Source: Candidatus Latescibacterota bacterium
Lineage (GTDB): Bacteria > Latescibacterota > UBA2968 > GCA-2709665
Reading direction: 5' to 3'
Assembly: GCA_965226795.1 (NCBI GenBank)
Contig: CBDDDZ010000005.1
Coordinates: 2,240,001 to 2,304,000, forward strand
DNA: 64,000 nt
Within the stretch, counting starts at the first letter, position 1, and each line of letters opens with the position of its first letter. A model generated the notes under the pieces. It had not been told where the DNA came from. It saw only the letters and a list, made by a program, of their open reading frames with translations, and made no database searches. Below are positions 1 through 10,620 of this stretch, piece after piece. A program made the position numbers and the translations under genes.

Positions 1-9
1 TGTATACGC

Positions 10-663
10 CTATCTGCCAGCAGTTCCATCCAATAGAAGCGCGTTGACCAGATCGTGAAAAGAATCGTAGATCTCACAGTCCGCGTCCCCAAACCGAAAC
101 CTGTCCTGGTGCCCTTGCAATACGACAATCGGACGGCAGCCCACGGCGCGTGCCACCTCCACGTCATGGTCCGTGTCGCCTATGAATAGCGTCACGGATG
201 GATCGAGATTGAAGTCGTCTATCAGATCGCGGCATCTCTGTTCTTTCGACGCAGCCAATCGATCGGAAAGCCCGTACACACCCTTGAAGTGTTCCTGAAT
301 TCCGTGAATACGCACCCATGAAACGACCATTTCTTCTTCGGCAGCCGACAAAACGAACTGATCTATTCCATGTTTTTCCTGGAAATCCAGCGCCTCCGCG
401 ATTCCTGGATTGAGTGAACACGATCCGATACCGGAGTGGTACACTCTGTGGAATTCGTCGGAAATGTCGCGTTGTTCTTCCCTGTCCAGGTCGAATCCCA
501 GGTGGCGATAGTAATCGGATACGGGAAACCGGAAGATCCGCTTATGTTTCGCTTTGTCGATCGTCGGGAGTTTTCTTCTGTGCAACAGTTCGTTCATTGA
601 GCGTGTCGCAAGTTGCACGTCATCCAGAATGGTGCCGTTGAAGTCCCAAATGACTGATTTCAT
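10..663 (-). CDS. HAD family hydrolase (phosphoglycolate phosphatase-like)
   Basis: Motif I WDFNGT and motif IV FIGDTDHD; ATG at 663 preferred over GTG at 687. Confidence 0.88.
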   Translation of the reverse strand: MKSVIWDFNGTILDDVQLATRSMNELLHRRKLPTIDKAKHKRIFRFPVSDYYRHLGFDLDREEQRDISDEFHRVYHSGIGSCSLNPGIAEALDFQEKHGIDQFVLSAAEEEMVVSWVRIHGIQEHFKGVYGLSDRLAASKEQRCRDLIDDFNLDPSVTLFIGDTDHDVEVARAVGCRPIVVLQGHQDRFRFGDADCEIYDSFHDLVNALLLDGTAGR

Positions 664-814
664 TGCACTTTTATAAAGTTCCCGCACCTACGAAAAACAC
701 ATCCGCTCATTGCATACAATCCCCGCCAGCCAACCGCACCAACGGGGATTTGCATACATAGCAAATTCGATTGTATTTAATCGAGTAAAGCGTCAGGACC
801 TTTCACGTCAGGTG

Positions 815-1054
815 TCAGTCATCACCAACATCTTCAGAAAGCGCCGGTCTGTTTTCTCTGGTGACTCGAATCAGGAATCGCAATGCCGCGTTCACAGAAT
901 CAGCGTCTGGAAAAACCTCTGCAACGTCAGGCTCCAATCGGACGACGTGCCTGCCAAAGTTCTTTCGCCCAGAACCAACCTTCCTCACCCGCAGGCTTTT
1001 CAAATCATACTCGGCCCGCGGTTCATCCTGCGTTGACACCTCAACCTTCGTCAT
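815..1054 (-). CDS. BrnA-like antitoxin (orphan)
   Basis: RAEYD...VRLEPDVAEVFPDADSVNAALRFL resembles BrnA-type antitoxins; a toxin C-terminal remnant overlaps its start. Confidence 0.65.
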   Translation of the reverse strand: MTKVEVSTQDEPRAEYDLKSLRVRKVGSGRKNFGRHVVRLEPDVAEVFPDADSVNAALRFLIRVTRENRPALSEDVGDD

Positions 1055-1091
1055 AAGACTCTCGCACCCTTCGGATTGCTAACCAAGCGCC
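1041..1091 (-). pseudogene. C-terminal remnant of BrnT-like toxin
   Basis: Translates GAWLAIRRVRESYDEG*, like the BrnT tail SARxATxxERxxYEE, and overlaps the antitoxin start. Confidence 0.5.
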
Positions 1092-1244
1092 AAGCTCATC
1101 TCACATTCCGCGGTACTCTCCTTACAATATAGCCGCGAAAACTGATGGCTGCAAGGTCGATCTGCTCGACCTGCGTTGAGGCGCCATTCCTCGGCAACGC
1201 AGTCAAACCGTCAGCCGTCGGCTTGCGTCTCGGTCGTTTTCCCT

Positions 1245-1354
1245 GGTTTCGAGAAGGTAAGCCGTTCTACAATCTGTCCCAAATCGTTGTTACACTATAT
1301 GGCGATCTGCGTTCGAATGGCATGAATTTCCTCAACGATCGGATCTTTCCACAT
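1245..1354 (-). pseudogene. Small antitoxin-like gene remnant (MWKDPIVEE type)
   Basis: AAAGGAG RBS, then MWKDPIVEEIHAIRTQIAI*CNNDLGQIVERL with an in-frame TAG. Confidence 0.45.
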
Positions 1355-1468
1355 GATTACTCTCCTTTGGGGATTTCCAAGAATGGGCAGATCCTGAAAT
1401 TAGTTGAAATAACAGAGGCGTCCGTGACGAGAGGAACGTATAAAGCCTGGACTGAAAATCCAACTCAC

Positions 1469-2755
1469 TTACTTTGTCAAGTTCCTGAGAACTTCAATTC
1501 CCTTCTTCAAAATCTGATCCTCTGATTCGCTCCAGACTTCCGACACCGGATCGATTAACACCGAAGGGATATATTCGCTTCTTGACGATCCAACGAATTC
1601 TCGCGACGCCGAATCCCCCTTCAACGTGCCGTTGAAGATCTTCTGTTTGGTACACTGAAATCCAATTCCCGTATGGGGCATTCGCATCGTGTAGACCGAA
1701 CCCTCCAATCCTGCCATCTTCGTTCCGACGACAGTTGCTCTTTCGATGGCATCCAGGCTGATTGCCAGACCCTCACCCGCGCTTCCGGTCCAGCGGTTTA
1801 CCAGAATGACAACCGGGCGTTTATACTGCCACTCACCTCTTGGTTTGACACGGCTCAGAAATGGGTCTCCGTTTCGAGGCACGGTTCTCTGATAGACGCG
1901 TTCCCCATCGATCAGACGTCCGATAATTCCTTCAACAATCCTGGTATTACCGCCGCCGACTCTGCGCAGGTCAAGTATCAATCCGTCAGTTTCAGACAGA
2001 TCGTCGTGTGCGGAATCGAATAGCTCCAGCAGTCCAGTATCGGCCAGAGAACCATTGATGACCATGTATCCGATTCGGTGATCCAAAATTCAAAAATCGA
2101 GTCTCGATCGGTGTTGGGATTCATATGCGATATCAAACTGATCCGGAGGGATCGACATCCGCCTCGTTTCATGCTGGTGTCTCACGTCAATCGTCCTTGT
2201 CTGATTTCGATATCCCGCGAGCACTTTTCTTAGCGTCCAACTCTCTATTTCGTCGTTGATCTGAACAAAGGATCTGCCCATTCGTTTTCGGATAGCGTCT
2301 TCGTTCGGCATTCCATTGAAGCTAAGGATTTCCATCCCCGGACACAGACCCGCGGCATCGGCTGGGAACCCCGGTCGGATTCCCGTTATGATTGCTTTCC
2401 CGTCTTTCCATTCGGCCCGGATGTCGGTCCGCGACGGGACGATGTTCGGAGAAGATGCCGTATGCGTGTTCAAGTGAATGTGGTCGTCGTACAGTTCCTC
2501 AAGGACCGTCTCCAGCAACGCCACAAATTCCGATTTTGCGACAATCGATTGGATCTGCGGCCGGTAGATCTCTCTGACTCGATCCCAGTCTGTCCGCTTT
2601 TCGTCAAAATAGGCATAGTCCGTCCTGAACGTCTCCCACAGAAAATCGAAGTCCGCTTCATATTGTTCTGCACTCAGGTCGTTCTGTGCGAACGCAAGAG
2701 AATAGCTGAGGCAATTGAAAGTCAGAAGCGCGCAAAGGATCAACACAAAAAGCAT
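1469..2755 (-). pseudogene. S41 family peptidase with signal peptide and PDZ domain, split by in-frame TGA at 2090-2092
   Basis: DLRRVGGG and TGSAGE motifs; the two ORFs are in the same frame (LDF*ILDHRIGY). Confidence 0.8.
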
Positions 2756-2943
2756 AGGATATGGGCCTGTGTTTTGATGGTGCTGGGTGAGTATGGTCTT
2801 AACCTGATTAATTCATGAATTGTCACGGATAGCGGTATCAGGAAGCAGAAACAGCTTCCGAGTGAAACGAGAAAGTGAAGTCGGCGCGAGGTTTGCGGGC
2901 TGACATGTTAGAAGAAGAACGACAGCTCTGGCGAGACCTGCGG

Positions 2944-3193
2944 GACCGACCCCCTAACCCCCTTCCTGAGAGGAAGGGGGAACCGTGATCGGTTAATGAA
3001 CCGTTGGATTGGCTGAAGACGTTTCCATTGTTGAAAAAATCCCGGCGAAATATTGTAATAGGTCAGCGTGTTGCGATCGAGAAAGTGACGAGATGACATT
3101 CTCCGATCAATCAGAGCGTAAAAAAACAGTATTTACGCAACGCTTGGTTCAACTCCCCCTCTCCTCGCAGGAGAGGGGGCCGGGGGGAGAGGT
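2944..3193 (+). repeat. 250-bp non-coding repeat bounded by two G/C-rich palindromes (copy 1)
   Basis: Diverged reverse complement of 61747-61996; hairpins CCCCCTTCCTGAGAGGAAGGGGG and CCCCCTCTCCTCGCAGGAGAGGGGG. Confidence 0.85.
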
Positions 3194-3487
3194 CCTCACT
3201 AAAGACTCGCGAAAAGGATTCTGTGATGATTATCTTGAGCCCCCACGCCAGGTTGCTCCAGGTTCATTGTTATAAGGTTAATTAAGTAACCAGAATACAA
3301 TGACTTGGGTAAGGAAACTTCCTTTTTTGTGAATTAATGAGGTTTTTTGGCTGAAAATCGTCAAGCCACGTCGCCGTATTCGGCTCTTTCAGTGCCCGAT
3401 ACAGCGGGTGGTTGACAAGCCCGAATTCCAAGGGGGCGCAGAACGAAGATGAACGTTGGACGACACGGCGAAGGTGCCACGACCAAG

Positions 3488-4033
3488 TCAGTTCAGGAGT
3501 ATTGTGTCCCGGACCCGAAGGATTTCGCATTCCGTGAACATACTCTCTTGGTACGTCAATCTTACCCCTTCGCAGTAGTTGCACGAAGGCCCCCAGACTC
3601 CATGGTCCGCATCGGGAAGGCAACCGACCGCACTGGCTTCGACAAAACCTCCGTGAGAGATTACGAGAGCCCGGCCGCCTTCCGGGAGCGACCGGGCGAC
3701 GTCGCCGTGAAAAACGGCCAGTTCTCTGGCGAAGTTGGTGACGACGCTATCCGGATGTTGACGAATATAGGCAGAGAATCCGCCAAAGCCAGCGTCAAAA
3801 TTTATCTCCACGTCCGAAGGCATGGACGCCAGCAGTTCGACCTGATGGTCAACTGCAAATCCCATCGCAATACCGGTTTCGAATGCGCGCGGGACAGGAC
3901 TGGTATAGACCTTGTCGAATCTCGCCATTCCCGCGCCAACCCGCCTGGCGAGGTCGACGCCGGCCTGCGAGAGATGCTGACCGGGTTTCGTTCTCATGGC
4001 GTGTCGTCGATGCTCAATGAATCTGGCGGGCAT
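3488..4033 (-). CDS. Histidine phosphatase family protein
   Basis: RRHA N-terminal motif, YTSPVPRAFET and VISHGG. Confidence 0.8.
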   Translation of the reverse strand: MPARFIEHRRHAMRTKPGQHLSQAGVDLARRVGAGMARFDKVYTSPVPRAFETGIAMGFAVDHQVELLASMPSDVEINFDAGFGGFSAYIRQHPDSVVTNFARELAVFHGDVARSLPEGGRALVISHGGFVEASAVGCLPDADHGVWGPSCNYCEGVRLTYQESMFTECEILRVRDTILLN

Positions 4034-4168
4034 TCGCGGAACCTTGTTAGGAGACTGTTCTGTCGTCTGCGTCGCGCGGCGATTCAGCGCCCTCGTACCT
4101 CGATGGGCTTGCGCGAGGATTGGCCGGGAGCCCATCCGGGTGTGTTTTACGTAGTCGAAACGAACGCG

Positions 4169-4912
4169 TTACGTGACCGTGAAGATAGCGTCAGGCAACT
4201 CAGATAGGGATCCGATGGTGAGATCAAAATGGTCCAATCCCGCGCCGCCCACCTTGACCGTCTTTGCGCCAAGCTTCCTGGCGGCCAGAAGCGGGCTGTC
4301 GTCATCATCCACAACGATTGAAACTTCCGGCAAGGCCCCGACTTCCTTCAGAATCCTGGCGTGGAAAGTTCTGTGCCCCTTGTGATAGCCGACCAAATCA
4401 GATCCAAAGGGTTTACCTATCAGTTCACGTACATCCATTCCGGACAGCAAGGTCTCTATGACCCAGGAGGGATTGCCCGATGCGGTATGGATTTCGAAGT
4501 TTTTCGCCAGGGCCTTGATGGCCGTTCCGGATCCCGGAAAAACCGCATTGGTGTTCAGATACACGTTGGTGAGTGCGCGTTCGGCAGCGTCGACACGCTC
4601 CTCGAAAGTGCACGGCGCCTCGACTCCAACTTCATCACACAGTTGCAAGACCCACTCGGCATGGAGACGGTCCCACCATCGGGAAAGATTCAGTCTTCGC
4701 AATCCCAACGCCTCCCTGTACTCTTCGTTTCCGTTATTCCAGACCCACAGCCATAGCCTTTCCTGATGCTCAGCCCAGATATCGGTGTCTCCACCCAGCC
4801 ATTCGCTGAACGCGGCGCCAGCCAACCTGCTGCTCTCCGATTCCCATTTGGCGTTATCGAAGATCACCCCGTCAACATCCAGAAAGAGAAACCTGAGATC
4901 GTCCTGGCTCAT
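4169..4912 (-). CDS. HAD family hydrolase
   Basis: FLDVDGVI motif I and VVDDD motif IV; start moved to ATG at 4912. Confidence 0.8.
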   Translation of the reverse strand: MSQDDLRFLFLDVDGVIFDNAKWESESSRLAGAAFSEWLGGDTDIWAEHQERLWLWVWNNGNEEYREALGLRRLNLSRWWDRLHAEWVLQLCDEVGVEAPCTFEERVDAAERALTNVYLNTNAVFPGSGTAIKALAKNFEIHTASGNPSWVIETLLSGMDVRELIGKPFGSDLVGYHKGHRTFHARILKEVGALPEVSIVVDDDDSPLLAARKLGAKTVKVGGAGLDHFDLTIGSLSELPDAIFTVT

Positions 4913-4965
4913 TTTATCTCTCGTTTCGCATCGAAGCCACGAAGCAGTATGGTCATCACCAACGC

Positions 4966-4983
4966 GTCTAACACCTGTTAGCC
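4966..4983 (-). other. Collapsed attC-like site (R'' and R' boxes 4 nt apart)
   Basis: Minus strand GGCTAAC-aggt-GTTAGAC; the TAA of the first box is the stop codon of the upstream hydrolase. Confidence 0.5.
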
Positions 4984-5845
4984 CGCTTTTCGGAAGAACG
5001 CCATCAGATCTGCGCGCACCCGCGCGCTTCTGTGGACAACGCTGTGAGGTTCTTCCGGATACATCCGGAATTCGGCGCCGGGGATCTTCGTTGTCAGATC
5101 CTTGCCCCAATCCACGGGAACTTCCCGGTCCCTGGCTCCGTGAACCACAAGCGTGGGCGCCTCTATCCAACTGCATTCGACAGTTAAATCTCTGTCAAGG
5201 TACGCGTCACACGACCGCAACTGGGTCTCATACCACTGCACCCCTTCCGGCAGACTGGACTTGGCCACGAGCTTCCGGATTCGCGCTTCATATTCCGCCA
5301 GGGCGCCCCGCTCCTCCATCTCTTCTCGTTCCCACAGAACATCCGGAGAAAGTCCGACACCTTCCGGCCTGTTCTTCCACGCAGCTCCAGAACCCTGTTT
5401 ATAAAGGATCTCCAACTGTTCCCTGACAATTCGGGTAACCTGGTCTTCCTGTGGCCAGAGATCCGCTGCGGTACCGGCCAGTACCAGTGTCTTCACTTTC
5501 TCGGGGTGGAGCGTTGCAAACAGGATCGCAATCGGACCTCCCGCGGAGGAACCGATTACGTGTGCTCTTTCCATGTCGAGGTGGTCCAGCAGTTCGGACA
5601 GGTCGCGCCTGATTCGCGATGTCATAGCCGGATTCCGGACGGGAAGACAGCCAGCAGCCCCGGCGATCGCACATCACAAACCGGAATTCCGGCGTGAAAT
5701 CAATCTCCCAACCCCACTGGCCGCTCTGATCGGCACGGAGATGCATGTCGAGCGAAGGAAATCCCCCGTGGATGAACACGACAACGTCCCCCTCCCCCCG
5801 CACGTCGTAGAACAGCCTGAAGCCGTTTATGGTAGCATATGGCAT
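4978..5845 (-). pseudogene. Alpha/beta hydrolase, frameshifted near 5605
   Basis: FIHGG, DRRGCW, GSSAGG nucleophile elbow, HGARD and C-terminal His; restoring 2 bp in a GCGCG run joins ORFs 5399-5845 and 4978-5625. Confidence 0.8.
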
Positions 5846-5864
5846 GATCGTTCTCGCGATACCT

Positions 5865-6269
5865 TCACGACCTCCTGGTTTTCAGATGCCCGATGATCTT
5901 TCGATCCGCCTCGAATGCCATGTCCGCCGGCGGCTGCCCAAGAGGAAACAGCTCGACTTCAGCGGCATCGTCTCCGGCAACGAGGTCGCCCCCTTTTTCC
6001 TTGACGAAGAAATAGACGCCAACGACGCTGCGCTCCGGCGAGTGATGGGTCGAGAGCACGTCCAGGACGTCGCCGACTTCCACGTCCAGGCCCGTCTCTT
6101 CCCTGATCTCGCATCTCACGGCCGTTCGAACGTCCTCGCCAACCTCGACGTTACCGCAAGGGATACACCATTTGCCCCTGTATGCCCCGTATTTCCGCCG
6201 GACCAGAACGATTCGGTTACCCCTGAGAATCACCCCGGCGACGCCCGCTTTCACGAAATGCGACGGCAT
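5865..6269 (-). CDS. NUDIX hydrolase
   Basis: Nudix box GNVEVGEDVRTAVRCEIREETGL. Confidence 0.88.
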   Translation of the reverse strand: MPSHFVKAGVAGVILRGNRIVLVRRKYGAYRGKWCIPCGNVEVGEDVRTAVRCEIREETGLDVEVGDVLDVLSTHHSPERSVVGVYFFVKEKGGDLVAGDDAAEVELFPLGQPPADMAFEADRKIIGHLKTRRS

Positions 6270-6280
6270 TGTTTTTACCC

Positions 6281-6331
6281 TTCAACAGCCCTTCGCCGAC
6301 CCTTCGACAAGCTCAGGGAGCGGCTCAGGGC
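6281..6331 (+). repeat. REP-like CCCTTCGACAAGCTCAGG family repeat
   Basis: Same core recurs at 18641-18749, 25445-25459, 32424-32511, 34015-34086 and 37700-37805. Confidence 0.8.
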
Positions 6332-6399
6332 ACGGTTGGAACGCTTCGTTACACGTCCTCCGCATTGGAATCCGGAAATATGCTTTGTGCATCGGGTGG

Positions 6400-6760
6400 C
6401 AACCGGCAGACATGTGTGAAAAAGGCCAACGATTTTTCAATATCCTCTGCCGGAAATCGATATCGATAGTGATTTCCGGCGGACTGCGCGGCCCGGACAA
6501 ACAACCCGTGTATTGCCAGCAGCGACTCCCGGATATCGTCGTAATCCGATCCGGAGTAGGTGCGCTCGAACTCCCGCCATTCCTCAGGTTCGAGGTGTTT
6601 CTCCAGGTTTTTACCTTCGCTGCCCAGCGATCTCTCGAATCCCTTCGTTCACCGGGATCCGGGAGATCCGGAATGAGACCGTCCTTGTCCAGCAGGACCC
6701 GGGTGAGGCTGTCGAACGGTCGACTCTCCAGCATCTCAACAGGCAAAAACGCCATGCGAG
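6400..6760 (-). pseudogene. Internally deleted aminoglycoside 6-adenylyltransferase (ANT(6)/AadE-like) remnant
   Basis: DSLTRVLLDKDGLIPDLPDP followed in another frame by GKNLEKHLEPEEWREFERTY...SLLAIHGLFVRAA...YRFP; N-terminus and middle are missing. Confidence 0.6.
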
Positions 6761-6988
6761 AATCAACGTTTTTCTAATCCGCCAACGAATCACTCGGTGC
6801 CAAATGGGTCAAGAACAGGAAAGCGAGCCAGTAGTGTAACGTTGGCAGAAGTCGCAGGTACGACAGTTCCCTCAGATTTCGAGATCAATGCGTAAATACA
6901 GTTCTCATAATAGTATGGCTCGTTCTTTCTGACCTACATCCCATCGGTTGGAGAAGCGCAATTGCTGACAAAATGGGGTTCTACGCTC

Positions 6989-7897
6989 TTATCCCGTCCC
7001 GACAAGAACGAGCCCTGCGAATACCACGACGACGCCAATGTACTTGGAAACATATGCGGGTTCTTTGAGAATGAGGATACCCAAAACAGTGCCCAAAGGA
7101 ACGCTGATCTGCCGAAATGCAACGACATAGCTTACGTTTGAGACAAAGGCGAGACTGATCAGAACCAAGGTATAAGTGGCAAACATGCCAGCCCCCGCCA
7201 GTAAGGCTAGGGATGGCCGCGTTTTCAGGATTTCCCGCACAACATTGCGACCACGATCTCGAAATAGAACCCACGTCCCCAGCCAGAGAGAGGTGGTGAG
7301 GCCTTCGAAAAAAGCGTATAACATCGTAGCCTGCCACGCTGCAATGGGAAGGGCGGAAGGTTCTCTCAGGCGTCGCAAAGCTTCGTCATCGATGATGGTA
7401 TAGCCCGCCGTTGCGAAGGCGGCCGACAACGCAAACAATACGGATGAATTCAAGTAGTTGCCAATTCGAAAATCGCCAAAGCTCTTCATGGGCAGGGCAA
7501 ACATCCCAACCAATACCAGTACAATCCCACAGATGCATTGTGCGCTGACCTGGTCCGATCGATTAAGAAAAAGTGTGACAATTATGACTATGATGATTGG
7601 AGAGGACCGTGCGATGGGATAGACTATGGAAAGGTCTCCCCTACGGTAGGCGTTAGCCAACCCGAGCATGTAGAGGGCCTGAACAAATCCTGTTGCGGCA
7701 AGCAACAGCCAAACTGAGGCAGGGAAGGCTGGAATTGCGGAACCGAACAGGACAAGCGTAGGCAACAAACACAGAAATCCAAATGTGTTGGCCAACAGAA
7801 AGAAGGCAGCGGACGGTTGTTCCCGCTTACCCAGCAGGTTCCAGCCTACGTGAGTGAAGGCCGAGATGAGAATCAGGACGACGGCGGTGAGGGTCAC
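6989..7897 (-). CDS. EamA/DMT family transporter
   Basis: About 10 hydrophobic segments; GDLSIVYPIARSSP and YVVAFRQISV...ILKE motifs. Confidence 0.9.
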   Translation of the reverse strand: MTLTAVVLILISAFTHVGWNLLGKREQPSAAFFLLANTFGFLCLLPTLVLFGSAIPAFPASVWLLLAATGFVQALYMLGLANAYRRGDLSIVYPIARSSPIIIVIIVTLFLNRSDQVSAQCICGIVLVLVGMFALPMKSFGDFRIGNYLNSSVLFALSAAFATAGYTIIDDEALRRLREPSALPIAAWQATMLYAFFEGLTTSLWLGTWVLFRDRGRNVVREILKTRPSLALLAGAGMFATYTLVLISLAFVSNVSYVVAFRQISVPLGTVLGILILKEPAYVSKYIGVVVVFAGLVLVGTG

Positions 7898-8202
7898 GGC
7901 GACATTTTTCGAATTCTACGGTGATCTGTCTTCGTGGAAAATACGTATATTCGGTAGATAGACTCGACGGTTTCCAATCGCCACATTGGTAAACAGGTAC
8001 CCCTTACGTTCCCATCTGTTGTGAGACAATTGCCCACCTAAAATAGAGAACGACGGAGCGGGCGAACGAGCGTCGAACGGTGTTTGATGAATCAGGTCTT
8101 CCAAAGGCCCCAATAGAGACTCGGATCCTTTCGCTGTAGAATTACGGCAATCCTTTAGGCGGGTCAAATCCGATCTGCCGACCAGAGATGCTTGGAAGCC
8201 AA

Positions 8203-9132
8203 TCACACTCCGGCGGCGGCGATGAAGTTGCGAAATACGTCGCGATAATCAGGCTGCGAATCCGCCAGGTCAGGTTGCCACTGACGGGCAGCCATCCAAC
8301 CCAGCGCGATTTTCGTAGCAGTAACCAGTTCGGAACCCTCGAGGCTCCTGAGGCCTGCGGCGCGGCGTTTGACGGCCATTCTATGGACGAGACCCCGGTG
8401 GCCGGGACGATTCCTGTCTCCTGAATTCAAAACCTGGAGATAGGCCGGGTCCAGAATCCACGGTCGACGATTCGGGTGGATATCAATCAGAACCGCACGC
8501 GCGCCTTCCGAAGGCGGATCTCTCATCAAGCCGTTGCACAGGTGGAAGTCATCGAAGCAAGTTTCCGATCCACACTTCTCGAAGACGAAATCCCAATGGT
8601 CGTCGAGTCTAGATAAGAGCACGTCGGCGGATCCCGGACATTGCTGCCTGATCGCTCCCTCGAGCCAGCCGGCAACTTCGGTCTGTGTCGTGACATTCAA
8701 TGCAGGGTCGGAAATCAGCTTCGCCTGTTGATAGAAGCGAATCCCGGCGTCCAGAAACAATTCAAACTCCCTGCCGTTCCAGGCATCGCCCAAGGGCCCG
8801 TAAGGAATCGCTTCCGATGCCAGCCAATGCACGTCAATACTTCCCAGACGTGATCCTGCAGCATAGACGGCAGGCGCCAGGCCGGGAGCCAGGCGATGGA
8901 GTTCCCTGCACCAGAAATTTTCCCGCTCGCTGGTACCAACCTTGACAATGACGACAAGGCCTGTCTCCCGGTGCAAACCCCGGAGATGAACCGCGATCAA
9001 TCCGTATTCCTGGACGAAAAGCTCTATTTCACGCGCGATCAAAGTGATCTCTTCGGTTTTGTTGACGGCTTCGAGAATCGTGCGCAAGACCGCGTCCGAT
9101 CGCGATACCCGTCCATGGTCGAAGATTTCCAC
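8203..9132 (-). CDS. Aminoglycoside phosphotransferase/kinase-like protein
   Basis: VIVKVG lysine strand, Brenner-like FDDFHLCN and LID motifs. Confidence 0.7.
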   Translation of the reverse strand: MEIFDHGRVSRSDAVLRTILEAVNKTEEITLIAREIELFVQEYGLIAVHLRGLHRETGLVVIVKVGTSERENFWCRELHRLAPGLAPAVYAAGSRLGSIDVHWLASEAIPYGPLGDAWNGREFELFLDAGIRFYQQAKLISDPALNVTTQTEVAGWLEGAIRQQCPGSADVLLSRLDDHWDFVFEKCGSETCFDDFHLCNGLMRDPPSEGARAVLIDIHPNRRPWILDPAYLQVLNSGDRNRPGHRGLVHRMAVKRRAAGLRSLEGSELVTATKIALGWMAARQWQPDLADSQPDYRDVFRNFIAAAGV

Positions 9133-9229
9133 CGTTTCACTCCTGTCAAGTCCTGTCGTAGCTGGGACCGCTCGTCTCGGACGACCCCGCTCCAGGTTTT
9201 TTTCGTCTGATTGGTCCGGCGCGCGGGCA

Positions 9230-10321
9230 TCAGAAATGGTCCGGCGCCCAGAAGATAACCTCGCGGCGGGGGAACCAATCCTCCAGTTGGCGAGCTTCCC
9301 CGGCCTCCAGCGAGATCCCGCGGGCGCGAAGGATGGGTTCCAATTCGCGGCCAGAGGACTCGCCGAACAGAAGGCGACACATCAGATCGGCCGGCAGCCT
9401 TGGCGCCAACTCCGCCGCCTCGGGTACGGCCATGGCGATCAGCGAACCGAGGTCGAAGGGCAGGGCCATCATCGAGTTGTTGCCAGTGAGTCCCAGATCG
9501 GCGTCAGCGGCAGCAACCAGTGCGTCGACAAACGGGTGGCCATGGGGGATCTCGCCCTGGATCTGCATCACCCCGGCCTCAGCGCACGCGTCGAGCAGGC
9601 ACTGCACAAGGGCATCAAGGGCCGGGCCGCTCTCGTAAGCGACCTCATACACCCTGGCATGTTCGCCGTCGCTCTCCCAGTTGATATACCCGCAGAGTCC
9701 CACCGGGCCACGGACGACGGTAGTGGGCAGCACGCCCCGCACACGGGAGGGGGCGTAGTCCCAGTACGGACGCGGACGCAACAGGCTGCCGCTGCGACCG
9801 GCGTTGTGACGCTGATAGAGCGCTACCGTCTCCTCCAGGTCGCGGCTCTCGTCGAAAGGCAGAACCTCGAGTAGGGACCGGCCCGGCTGCGGAGGACGGC
9901 GCAACTCTGCGTGAAAACCCGTCAGCGGCACGCAACACCAGCCGAGGCGCCGGTAGAAGCGTGCCGGGATCATTGTGAACAGCAGACCCAGGTCGTAAGC
10001 ATCGTGGCGCATGTGCTCCGCCGCATGCTCCATCAGCCGCGTGGCTATGCCGCGTTCCCGGTAGTCCGGATGCGTGGTGACGCCGCCGATGCCGCCCATG
10101 CGGACGGGCGTGGCGCCAACGTGGACCCGGCGGTCCCAGATACGCAGCGTCGATACAATCCGGCTTCCGACAACGACGACGGGTGTCTGTGGCGGACTCC
10201 AGGTCGGATCGCCTTCAATGTAGCCTATGTAGCGCTCGCGGCCCCCGGGGTTGTGCACGGCGCAGAGCAGGTCGAGGAGCTCCTCGAGTTCCGACTCGCG
10301 GATGGGGCGAATCTCTTCCAT
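9230..10321 (-). CDS. GNAT N-acetyltransferase, Eis-like tandem
   Basis: GGIGGVTTHPDYRERGIA and FYRRLGW motifs. Confidence 0.88.
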   Translation of the reverse strand: MEEIRPIRESELEELLDLLCAVHNPGGRERYIGYIEGDPTWSPPQTPVVVVGSRIVSTLRIWDRRVHVGATPVRMGGIGGVTTHPDYRERGIATRLMEHAAEHMRHDAYDLGLLFTMIPARFYRRLGWCCVPLTGFHAELRRPPQPGRSLLEVLPFDESRDLEETVALYQRHNAGRSGSLLRPRPYWDYAPSRVRGVLPTTVVRGPVGLCGYINWESDGEHARVYEVAYESGPALDALVQCLLDACAEAGVMQIQGEIPHGHPFVDALVAAADADLGLTGNNSMMALPFDLGSLIAMAVPEAAELAPRLPADLMCRLLFGESSGRELEPILRARGISLEAGEARQLEDWFPRREVIFWAPDHF

Positions 10322-10373
10322 AGTATCCGTTTTAAACTAATGAGGGCAGCCGCCGCAGCGCGGTATCCTGCCG

Positions 10374-10584
10374 TCACCGATCGAATGCCAGCGACAATCC
10401 GTCAAATGCGACTCTGAACCCATGGCTGGCGGCATACCTGTCCAGTTCGTCGTGTTCCAGGTAGCCTTCGTGTGAAATGTGTGTCGCGTACACCTGCGCG
10501 CCTCGCGCCGGAGCAGGCCTGACACACGCAGAAAGGGTTTGGCATCGAAGGCGCGGCTGATGTGCCAAGAAAGGTGACTTGCAT
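10374..10584 (-). pseudogene. Internally deleted MBL-fold (PhnP-like) metallo-hydrolase
   Basis: N-terminal MQVTFLGTSAAPSMPNPFCVCQAC abuts C-terminal VYATHISHEG...VAFDGL; the HxHxDH core is absent. Confidence 0.65.
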
Positions 10585-10620
10585 CGTTTAACCAGTTTCC
10601 GTCGTGGTACATCGCGAAGC

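Noticed and set aside
1077..1083. GTTAGCA upstream of the BrnA-like gene as an attC R' box
   Set aside because: It falls within the BrnT-like coding remnant (TGG TTA GCA).
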